Part shown: one piece after another, positions 1 to 7,390 of the stretch
How the letters are laid out: every line of letters begins with the position of its first letter
Position numbering within the stretch: the first letter of the stretch is position 1
Source: Candidatus Poseidoniaceae archaeon
GTDB taxonomy: Archaea; Thermoplasmatota; Poseidoniia; Poseidoniales; Poseidoniaceae
Assembly: GCA_938084455.1 (NCBI GenBank)
Contig: CALKDX010000023.1
Span: 1-63,237, forward strand
DNA: 63,237 nt
Direction of reading: 5' to 3'
Position numbers and translations under genes: made by a program
The notes under the pieces: generated by a model
The model's database searches: none
What the model was told of the DNA's origin: nothing
Seen by the model: only the letters and a program-made list of their open reading frames with translations

Positions 1-14
1 GATGTCAGCGCATC

Positions 15-1079
15 TCATTCCTCTTCAAAATTCCAAAAGGATTCTTTTTCTGGTTCTTCAATATGGCCTATATCATCAAGATGCGAATCAAAATCAGGAA
101 GTTCATGCTTCCAACCGCCTGGCAATTTGGTTTTGTCTTCGATGATCTTCAACATGCGTTCTTGCCAAGCTTTTGGCTTTCGTTGCAAAATGTATGAGTA
201 AAGAACAGATGTCCGGATTTCTTCGTGCATGACGGTGTATCCTGTGGAAGCTTCAAAATTCATAGCACGAAGGAGATTGAATGCAGGGCGGTTGACATTT
301 CGGAACATGCGTCGACTGAAGCGCATACCGATTAGTACCGTTGCAAAGATAAGAAGTGTAGTGAGGCAAAAGCCTCCCCACCCCTGTTCAACAAACCTGT
401 TGGAGTACAACACTTCGAGAAGAAGCACTGGAACAGTTGTGATCATGAAGAGAAAACTCTCAGAAACGGGAGGCTTGTTCATTTTCATTTCAATGGCCCC
501 CCAGCCATTGTGGTGTTTTTCCCATGGTTTGAAAAATTCAGCACTGTCTTGCATTGATGCTGCCATGACCATTTTATGCAATTGTCCAATCTTTGCATAT
601 TGTTGGCCACTGACGTCCATGTTTTCCTCAGTGATGGCCTCGAGTCTGTACTTTGCTTCAGTGTACATCCCCATGTCCGCTAGGAGAGTCGCTTGTTCAA
701 CCAGCGGTGTGACTTCATATGGCATGTGATGTCGGAGTTGCTGCCACCAATCAAGCGCTTCATTCAGCAACCCCAGTTCATCGCTTAACAACCGTCCACC
801 AAGGAACCACATTGCCGTGCGGTCTGGCTCAAGTGCAATGATTTTCTTCACTGCCGCAAGAGATTTCGCAGCTTCCTTGAGTGTTGGACTTTGGCCTTTT
901 TTTGGCAGTGCTGATTCAGCACATAATTGCCAGGCATCGACGTGTTTCGGGTCAGCCTCCACGGCTAATCGGGCCGAGGCATAGGCTGCCTCAAGGTCCC
1001 CTTCGTCATAGGCTTCTACTGCGTCGAGGTAGTGATCTTCTGCACCCATCCCGACACACCTCATCGATTGCTCGATCAA
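15..1079 (-). CDS. TPR-like protein with two transmembrane helices, function unknown
   Basis: 354-aa ORF. N-terminal helical-repeat region (DAVEAYDEGDLEAAYASARLAVEADPKHVDAW). Two hydrophobic helices (FLFMITTVPVLLLEVL, FCLTTLLIFATVLIG). TTG at 1079 overlaps the upstream stop (TTGA); alternative ATG starts at 1064 and 1049. Ends -NFEEE, and its stop overlaps an ATG (18..16) of a further minus-strand gene that leaves the window. Confidence 0.6.
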   Translation of the reverse strand: MIEQSMRCVGMGAEDHYLDAVEAYDEGDLEAAYASARLAVEADPKHVDAWQLCAESALPKKGQSPTLKEAAKSLAAVKKIIALEPDRTAMWFLGGRLLSDELGLLNEALDWWQQLRHHMPYEVTPLVEQATLLADMGMYTEAKYRLEAITEENMDVSGQQYAKIGQLHKMVMAASMQDSAEFFKPWEKHHNGWGAIEMKMNKPPVSESFLFMITTVPVLLLEVLYSNRFVEQGWGGFCLTTLLIFATVLIGMRFSRRMFRNVNRPAFNLLRAMNFEASTGYTVMHEEIRTSVLYSYILQRKPKAWQERMLKIIEDKTKLPGGWKHELPDFDSHLDDIGHIEEPEKESFWNFEEE

Positions 1080-2389
1080 TCCTCTTTATCTCTGCCCATC
1101 AAGTCACGAGGGGGTCGGTTGTGAGCGTGTCCAGAGCCTTTACCGCGTGATTTACGGAATTCTCTAGGTTCCCTTCGGGGGGGGCGTGAATCTTCACCGC
1201 GTGGTTCACGTCGAGGAGGTCGTCCTTGGGCTCGGTCATGTGCGTCCCTGTCGCCGCCACCAAACCTGTCGCCGCCACGTCGGTCACCGCCACGTCGGTC
1301 GTTTCCACCAAACCTGTCGCCACCTCTTCGGTCACCACCACGTCGGTCGTTTCCACCAGACCTGTCGCCACCTCTTCGGTCGCCGCCACGTCGATCATCT
1401 CGGCGTGGCCCTCTGCTCTGGCCACCACTTCGGGGGGCACCACATCGGTTGCATTCTTGACGGAATGCGAAGTTTGAGTTGTTGCATTGTGGACAATCCC
1501 AGTCGTTGTCGTTGAAAATTTCACCACCACGTCGGTCGTTTCCTCTTCGGTCACCGCCACGTCGGTCGTTTCCACCAAACCTGTCGTTGCCTCTTCGGTC
1601 GCCACCGCGTTGATTGCGGTCTTGGAATGAACGTCGGTCGTCACGGCGTGGAGGTCGTCCCCCAGCGCCGCCGGCTTTTGGAGCACCGCACTTGTTGCAT
1701 TCCGTTCGCCAAGCAAAGTTGTCATTGTGGCACTTAGGGCAATCCCAGTCGCCATCTTTTCGATTGCTTGAGCGGTCGTTTCTCTCAAAGCGACCACCTC
1801 GTTGTTCACGGCCTTGGAACCCTCGGTCGTGCGATCTGCCTCCGCTGTTTCCTCTTGGTTCACCGCATCGGTTGCATTCATGACGGAAAGCGAAATTGTT
1901 GTTGTTGCATTTTGGACAATCCCAATCGCCACCATTGTTTGAGCGATTGTTTCGATCAAATCCGCCACCTCTGTCGTTTCGTTCAAATCGGCCACCGCGG
2001 TCGTTTCCTCTTCGGTCACCGCCGCGGTCGTTGTGTCGTCGGTTCTCGCGGTTGTTGTCGCGCCCCCGATCGCCAAAGTTTCGTTCTTCACGAACTTTTT
2101 TCGGACGAATGTTGACCTGAATTCCAACTAAGCCAGGAATGTCGAGTTTTCGATCGAGATGTGCAACGTGAACGAGCGGAGCGTTCGTGTTGCCTAACAC
2201 TGCGTCAACCTTTCCAATGTAATCGCCTGTGTCTTGGTTGATGATGATTGATTCTAGAGCTGGGGAGGAGCCAGTAAAGGACACCAACAGGCCACCTTCG
2301 TGACTCAAAGACTCAACGGTGCCTGCAAACATTACACTCACTCTCAATTTGGTGGGCCGACCTTCCCCTCTTGAGGGTGCCGGTAACAC
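1076..2389 (-). CDS. Gar1-like H/ACA RNP domain fused to an RGG/RD-rich region with three RanBP2-type zinc fingers
   Basis: The N-terminal ~80 aa (nt ~2099-2332) match the Gar1 pattern G.V.....G.L.V...P.L.S......IGKVD.VLG....P.V.V....LVG. Three exact W-x-C-x2-C-x3-N-x6-C-x2-C fingers follow: DWDCPKCNNNNFAFRHECNRCG (~1856-1930), DWDCPKCHNDNFAWRTECNKCG (~1679-1753) and DWDCPQCNNSNFAFRQECNRCG (~1433-1507). They are embedded in (G)GDRRG / RGG repeats. Start is either GTG 2389 or ATG 2332. Confidence 0.75.
   Translation of the reverse strand: MLPAPSRGEGRPTKLRVSVMFAGTVESLSHEGGLLVSFTGSSPALESIIINQDTGDYIGKVDAVLGNTNAPLVHVAHLDRKLDIPGLVGIQVNIRPKKVREERNFGDRGRDNNRENRRHNDRGGDRRGNDRGGRFERNDRGGGFDRNNRSNNGGDWDCPKCNNNNFAFRHECNRCGEPRGNSGGRSHDRGFQGREQRGGRFERNDRSSNRKDGDWDCPKCHNDNFAWRTECNKCGAPKAGGAGGRPPRRDDRRSFQDRNQRGGDRRGNDRFGGNDRRGGDRRGNDRRGGEIFNDNDWDCPQCNNSNFAFRQECNRCGAPRSGGQSRGPRRDDRRGGDRRGGDRSGGNDRRGGDRRGGDRFGGNDRRGGDRRGGDRFGGGDRDAHDRAQGRPPRREPRGEDSRPPRREPREFRKSRGKGSGHAHNRPPRDLMGRDKED
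1240..1400 (-). repeat. In-frame tandem nucleotide repeats encoding GGDRRGGDRFGGNDRR units
   Basis: Near-identical ~48-nt units (cgtcggtcgtttccaccaaacctgtcgccacctcttcggtcacc...) recur at ~1290-1390 and again at ~1540-1600. They lie inside the Gar1-fusion CDS. Confidence 0.7.
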
Positions 2390-2390
2390 C

Positions 2391-4448
2391 TCACTCTTCT
2401 CTTCCTCTGTTGGTCATTGCAGCGCCAAGCAGAGCGACCGTCAAGGTGGCGAGCATTGATACTGCAGGTAGGCCTTCTTCGACGGTCGTACCACCGTCAT
2501 CAATGATCGGTTCGTCTGAATTTGCGTATGGGTCTGGAACTTGGACTTGCATGGTCGTCATTGTCCCTGATTCATCAGTGGCAACGAGCGTGATGTCATA
2601 GACGGTCACAGGTGGGTTTTGGGAGGAGCACGACACAATGTTGACATCGATTTCCCAAACGATTCCAGAGCGGACAAAGTCGTTGGTTGAGTATCCACAA
2701 AGGGAGAGGCTCATCTCAACGTCTTCACCATCTGGATCCAAAACCTTTCCAGCAATTGTGAATTTGAGGTAACTTGCATCCCAAGTAGCGTTTGATCCAT
2801 CAAGGTTCACATCCACTTCAATCACAGGTGGTGCGCTTGGTTTGTTCAAACCGAAATCGAGCATGAAATTGTAATCAAGCATGCCGTTTGACTGAGCCTG
2901 GCCCATCACCATGACTTCGCCAGGGGCGAGTCCATCAAGTGGGAGTGCAAGTGTGGAGGCTTCGGAGGCGAGCGTTGCCATTCGCATTTCACCCATCATG
3001 GTCATTTGGTGGGCATGGGCGCTGATCGAAAGTTCGCTCACCACGCCGGTTGGCGTCACCGTGAATTCAACGGAATCACCAGATTCGGAAATGGTTGCCT
3101 GTGAAGTGAACGGTTGAGCGAAAGTCCAGTTTCGCGTCTCAATTGAAGATGCACCAAATGGGTCAATAACGCTGCATTCCGCATCGGCCGTTGCGTCGGC
3201 GGCCACATCATTAGGGCCGTCCAAAAACAACGTGCCTTCTTCGTCCAGTCCAGCAGTCCATTGCCCAACCCATTCTTGGTTTGCAAATTGACAATCGAGG
3301 GCCCAACCGCTGTCGTCAGTGGCCCACAATTCGGTCACTTCGCCAGCAACAAGAGTTCGTGTACCCACGGTGTAAGGGATGACGGTTCCATCAACAGGTG
3401 CGTCTGCCGTCCATTCCGGGATTTCGTTCGTTTCGGGGGCTTGGGTTGTGAAATCCAAGAACAAGTTTCGCAGGATTGGATATTCGCTTGAAGCATAGTT
3501 CACTTCTTGACTGACACGAAGTCGACCGTCAGGTAGGTATTCAGCTTCCGGAAGGGGCATGGCGCTGCTCTCGACATTATCGTCTTGGATTGAAGAATTG
3601 ACCAAGCGAAGACCTTGCAGTTGTGGGAAGGTCAGCACCAAGGCAGCAGAACTCATGTTGGTGACGTTGAGGGCGAGCGTGAAGTTCGAAACACCGCTGT
3701 TTGGCAGTTGGTCAAAACGGACGTTGTTGTTTTCACCCTCTTTGGTGAACATGAGGATTTGGAGGTCATCTGTGATGCTTACAGGCACCTCTTTGCAATC
3801 GCTCGAGGCGAGAAGGTCTTGACAATCTCGCTCCTCTGGGTGGTTTTCAGGTACGAGGTTTACCTCGTCCAGTGCGATACCCTCCTTAACGAATTCAAGG
3901 TCGTTCCAATCGACCCCGCCACGGTGTGGTAGACCTTCGCGGATCCCGATTCGTGTGTCCATGTCAGCGATGCATTCAGGGCCAATGGCTCGAACCGCTT
4001 CTCGCTCATCGGTGCTCATCCAAGAGTTGTTTCCTCCGGGTGTTCCGTCAAACAACTCATCGAGGTTCTCACGCACGGTAGCGGAATTGCTGCCGTTCAC
4101 ATAGGCAACTGCGCTCATCTGAGCTGTTGCCCAATCGTCACCAAGAAGGATGTCAAAGGAAGCGAAATTATAGTCGAACAGGTCCTCAAATTTGTAACCG
4201 GTGCAGTCCACATCGAGTGAACCTTGTCGGGCACTGGTCGGGAATTCAGTTGGTTCTGAAATTGCTTTTTGGTTCGTTACAGCGGTGGAGGCGATCATCA
4301 TCAGGAACAGGACGATGATGCTCAAAGCGATTGAAGTCTGGGCGAAACGATGTCTTGCCATGCTTTCTGCGGTGATGTCTTGTCTCAAAGACACTTCGCC
4401 TCCATCGCAACCCAAAGCAGGGTATTTACAACATTCTTTGATGTCCAC
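2391..4448 (-). CDS. Large secreted or surface-anchored protein, function unknown
   Basis: 685-aa ORF. N-terminal signal anchor (MARHRFAQTSIALSIIVLFLMMIASTAV). Long acidic, Thr/Ser/Asn-rich ectodomain. C-terminal hydrophobic helix plus basic tail (LPAVSMLATLTVALLGAAMTNRGREE). GTG 4448 lies 1 nt after the permease stop; alternative ATG at 4361. Confidence 0.65.
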   Translation of the reverse strand: MDIKECCKYPALGCDGGEVSLRQDITAESMARHRFAQTSIALSIIVLFLMMIASTAVTNQKAISEPTEFPTSARQGSLDVDCTGYKFEDLFDYNFASFDILLGDDWATAQMSAVAYVNGSNSATVRENLDELFDGTPGGNNSWMSTDEREAVRAIGPECIADMDTRIGIREGLPHRGGVDWNDLEFVKEGIALDEVNLVPENHPEERDCQDLLASSDCKEVPVSITDDLQILMFTKEGENNNVRFDQLPNSGVSNFTLALNVTNMSSAALVLTFPQLQGLRLVNSSIQDDNVESSAMPLPEAEYLPDGRLRVSQEVNYASSEYPILRNLFLDFTTQAPETNEIPEWTADAPVDGTVIPYTVGTRTLVAGEVTELWATDDSGWALDCQFANQEWVGQWTAGLDEEGTLFLDGPNDVAADATADAECSVIDPFGASSIETRNWTFAQPFTSQATISESGDSVEFTVTPTGVVSELSISAHAHQMTMMGEMRMATLASEASTLALPLDGLAPGEVMVMGQAQSNGMLDYNFMLDFGLNKPSAPPVIEVDVNLDGSNATWDASYLKFTIAGKVLDPDGEDVEMSLSLCGYSTNDFVRSGIVWEIDVNIVSCSSQNPPVTVYDITLVATDESGTMTTMQVQVPDPYANSDEPIIDDGGTTVEEGLPAVSMLATLTVALLGAAMTNRGREE

Positions 4449-4449
4449 T

Positions 4450-5280
4450 TCAGGGTTGCAATGTGTTCATGCGTCGAACGAACAAAGAACTTGGAATCAA
4501 GGTCCAGATCACGGCCATGACCCATGATTGCCATCCAGGGACACCTCGTTCAATCTCCGGCAATCTTGTTTCAAGCAAGTGATGATAGACACCGTTGGGC
4601 GACAAAAGGTCAAGTGAGCCTTCTAAAGCAACCCACTGCGCATCATTTTGCTCCCCTATGGCGACACCAGAAGCATACGCCACCATGGTGGTGAACAGCG
4701 CCCACAAAAACGTGAACAAAAACCACATTCCAATGCCAAAAGCAATCGCAGTTCCTTGGTCCTTCGTCCGTGAAGAGGCAAGCAATGTGAACACCACATA
4801 CCAAAACAGAATCAACGCTGTCGCCGTGAGATAAATCATCACGTCCCAAACCGAAGCCCATTCACCGAGGCGCCAACGAATGATGGCGACGGAGGCCAAA
4901 CTTAGGACGGCGACTGGGATGAAAATTGCTTGCCACATGCCGAGCATCAAAGCAATTGCCTGGTGGGTCCTTGGCATTGGTTGAGCGAGTCGTAATTCAA
5001 AGACGCCACTGGCACGGTCTCTGCTGACACCATCAAAGGCCAACAGCACACCGCACATCGTAGCGCCAAACACCACACCCAGACTTGCATAGAACATGAC
5101 TTCCATTGGCTGGTCTGGTTGATGGCCACCGGGTAAGACGATGTTAGGGTCTGAAAAACCCCAGGCCATTCCCGGCAAAAACAATACGAGAATAGGGAGC
5201 ATGATGAGCATTCGTGTTGATCCGATGCGGTCCCAAAATACCCTTTTCGCAAGGGATTGTATTCGCAGAACATCGCTCAT
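4450..5280 (-). CDS. ABC-2 family (NosY-like) transporter permease
   Basis: 276 aa with about six hydrophobic helices. Its ATG overlaps the stop of the upstream ABC ATPase (ATGA). Confidence 0.7.
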   Translation of the reverse strand: MSDVLRIQSLAKRVFWDRIGSTRMLIMLPILVLFLPGMAWGFSDPNIVLPGGHQPDQPMEVMFYASLGVVFGATMCGVLLAFDGVSRDRASGVFELRLAQPMPRTHQAIALMLGMWQAIFIPVAVLSLASVAIIRWRLGEWASVWDVMIYLTATALILFWYVVFTLLASSRTKDQGTAIAFGIGMWFLFTFLWALFTTMVAYASGVAIGEQNDAQWVALEGSLDLLSPNGVYHHLLETRLPEIERGVPGWQSWVMAVIWTLIPSSLFVRRMNTLQP

Positions 5281-6293
5281 TCTTCTTCACCCCCAATCGA
5301 TTTGTGAGGGAGCATTGCTGTTGAAGCAATTTCCAATCCGACCTCTTCGATGTTCATTCCAGTTGCTGCGCAAAGCAACTCCACAATTCCTGGGCTTTTC
5401 GGATTCCAAGAGTGTACCTCGATGCCACGATCTATGAATTTGGGTAATAGGTCAACACCAGAGTGGTCGAGGCGAATGGTCCAGGTGTCTTGTGCGGATT
5501 CTGATTCGATACGATGTTCACACCATGAAAGGTCTGGTAATTTGCCTGGACCAGAAACCAAAATCGAAGGTTGAAGTTCAAGAGAATCGGCAATCTCTGC
5601 TAGGGTTCCATTGGCAAGAAGTTGGCCTCTATGCATCAATGCAATTCGGTCGGTAATGGCCTCTAGGCCTTCGACTTGGTGTGAAGAAATGATGATTGAA
5701 ACTCCTTTGCTCTTGAGTTCATGCAGCAATTGAACAAAAGCAGTGGCTGCGACTGGGTCTAAACCGTTGAGTGGCTCGTCGAGCAGGAGGAATTTCGGCG
5801 AGCCAAGCAAGGCTGCAGCCAATGTCAGCCGTTGACGCATGCCTTGACTGAGATCTGAAAGATGAGCATTGGCTCGCTGACCTAAACCGACCAAACGCAG
5901 TAATCCATTGACTCGCTTCGCTGATGTCCCACGCATTTCGGCCAATTCCAACAGGGCGTCCTCCACAGATTGACGCCCCTGCCATCGTACCTGCTCTGGC
6001 ATGTGGCCGACAATGTTGCGAAGTGAATCGCTGTCAAGCTGGGTCTCTTTGGCGCTGGACGTCAGCATGAGTTTCCCATTTTGAATTGGTAAGACGCCCG
6101 CAATGGTTCGCAAAAGTGTGGTCTTGCCGGCTCCATTCGGCCCAACCAATCCAAGGATCTCCCCTGGGCGGAGGCTCAAAGTGATGCTGTGTACGCCTGG
6201 CCCGGGCCGTGTTCTCCATGGCTTGAGGCGTGAAGGATCGCTCATTCGATGACGAAATGTCACTTCTTCTAACCGAAGTGAGTCTCCCTCCAT
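5277..6293 (-). CDS. ABC transporter ATP-binding protein
   Basis: Walker A GPNGAGKTT, signature LSQGMRQRL, Walker B LLLDEPLNGLD, H-loop SSHQ. About 100 aa of C-terminal extension. Ends GGEEE. Confidence 0.9.
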   Translation of the reverse strand: MEGDSLRLEEVTFRHRMSDPSRLKPWRTRPGPGVHSITLSLRPGEILGLVGPNGAGKTTLLRTIAGVLPIQNGKLMLTSSAKETQLDSDSLRNIVGHMPEQVRWQGRQSVEDALLELAEMRGTSAKRVNGLLRLVGLGQRANAHLSDLSQGMRQRLTLAAALLGSPKFLLLDEPLNGLDPVAATAFVQLLHELKSKGVSIIISSHQVEGLEAITDRIALMHRGQLLANGTLAEIADSLELQPSILVSGPGKLPDLSWCEHRIESESAQDTWTIRLDHSGVDLLPKFIDRGIEVHSWNPKSPGIVELLCAATGMNIEEVGLEIASTAMLPHKSIGGEEE

Positions 6294-6384
6294 GGTTCGG
6301 CCACGAGGTCATGACTTGACAACATACCGTAGGATTCTCGCATGGACCCCAACCCTCTTGACCGTCGAGAACCCACCCCCTCTC

Positions 6385-7284
6385 ATGAGCCAACTTTGGG
6401 ACCTTGTTCCAACAATGATGGTTCTGATTGGTCTTTTTATTGCCGTATGGTGGTTGCGGCGATCAACTGAGGAGGGTGAGTCAAAGGTTGCTGTACGCAC
6501 CGTATTAGGGCCGATGGGGCTCGAATCAGCTGTTGGTTGTTTAGTGCTCATGTGGATTCTTCCTTGGGGGTTTATTTTGCTGGTGCCGGGAATTCTGATT
6601 CTTTCCTACCTCAGCCCTGCCGGGCGCGTCGCTTGGGGTGAGCATCGAGTTCAACGCCTCACTTTGGTGGTTTGCATGACCGCCATGGTGCTCATTGCAG
6701 GTTTTGTTCCAGTGTCTGAGCCTGTAGCCCCGAAGGAATGGGGTGAACCTTTGCTCAAAGAGAACGCAAATGCGCCGATTTATCCTGCAAGTGAGCAATA
6801 CACCTGGCTCATGCTTCCTGAGGATGCGGGTTTGGATGTTGAAATTGTTCAATCCATCACCATGCGTCTGCCCTATCAATACGGTCCACTTGGAGCGGCA
6901 TCAAGTGCATTTGATCTCTCTGAACTCATCGGGATGGAGCAGGGGCGTTTGCGCCAAGCAATTGAGTTGCTTGATCAGCAGACTCCAGGACCGAGCCTCG
7001 ATCCAGATGAAATGGAAATGGTTCCAATCAGTTCAGAATCCAAGCATCGCTACCTCTCCACATCAGCAGATGTGGATGTATCGGTGGAGGTTCGGGTGTA
7101 TGAGTTGCGAAGTCTATTGTCCAGTTCTGAAGAAGGAACCCGCGTCGGCGAGGTATTGTGTGTAGCGACACCGACGTTCGGAGGTGAACTCCAGATGCTC
7201 GTGGTTGTCCGACCAATCCTCCACCCGGGGCTTTCCTCAGATCGCTTTGCAGAGTCGCTCGTTATCGAATGGCTTGCTGTTTGA
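6385..7284 (+). CDS. Membrane protein, function unknown
   Basis: The ORF is open from 6292, but the ATG at 6385 starts directly at hydrophobic helices (MSQLWDLVPTMMVLIGLFIAVWW). Four predicted helices are followed by a soluble C-terminal half. Confidence 0.5.
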   Translation: MSQLWDLVPTMMVLIGLFIAVWWLRRSTEEGESKVAVRTVLGPMGLESAVGCLVLMWILPWGFILLVPGILILSYLSPAGRVAWGEHRVQRLTLVVCMTAMVLIAGFVPVSEPVAPKEWGEPLLKENANAPIYPASEQYTWLMLPEDAGLDVEIVQSITMRLPYQYGPLGAASSAFDLSELIGMEQGRLRQAIELLDQQTPGPSLDPDEMEMVPISSESKHRYLSTSADVDVSVEVRVYELRSLLSSSEEGTRVGEVLCVATPTFGGELQMLVVVRPILHPGLSSDRFAESLVIEWLAV

Positions 7285-7325
7285 GGTAGAAAAGCCGACG
7301 GTATTGTTTTTGGCAAATTGTATTT

Positions 7326-7375
7326 TTTAGGGCAGCCTAAACTATATGTATGGAGGGGATTTAGGGCGGCCTAAA
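7326..7375 (+). promoter_or_regulatory. Two copies of a 16-bp palindrome, TTTAGG-N4-CCTAAA; candidate metalloregulator operator
   Basis: TTTAGGGCAGCCTAAA (7326-7341) and TTTAGGGCGGCCTAAA (7360-7375) lie 34 bp apart. The first abuts a T-rich TATA-like stretch (7316-7329). Both are upstream of ATG 7391. Confidence 0.5.
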
Positions 7376-7390
7376 CCGGGGCGCAAAACC

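Noticed and set aside
1137-2075. Repetitive DNA that might have been a CRISPR-like or satellite array (also 47168-47338)
   Set aside because: The repeats are in-frame coding low complexity (RGG/GDRR units, Pro/Ala tract). There is no regular repeat-spacer architecture and no cas genes.
1099-2127. 342-aa minus-strand ORF in an alternative frame of the Gar1-fusion gene, plus several plus-strand ORFs at 1186-2120
   Set aside because: The composition is T/A/E/V-rich, as produced by reading the RGG-encoding repeats out of frame. It has no motifs. The 1076-2389 frame contains three perfect zinc fingers and a Gar1 core.
7346-7390. Upstream ATG 7346 as the start of the transferrin-like gene (MYGGDLGRPKPGRKT...)
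   Set aside because: The extension would precede a perfectly good signal peptide that starts at ATG 7391. It would also place the second palindrome inside the CDS. I cannot exclude it without experimental data.
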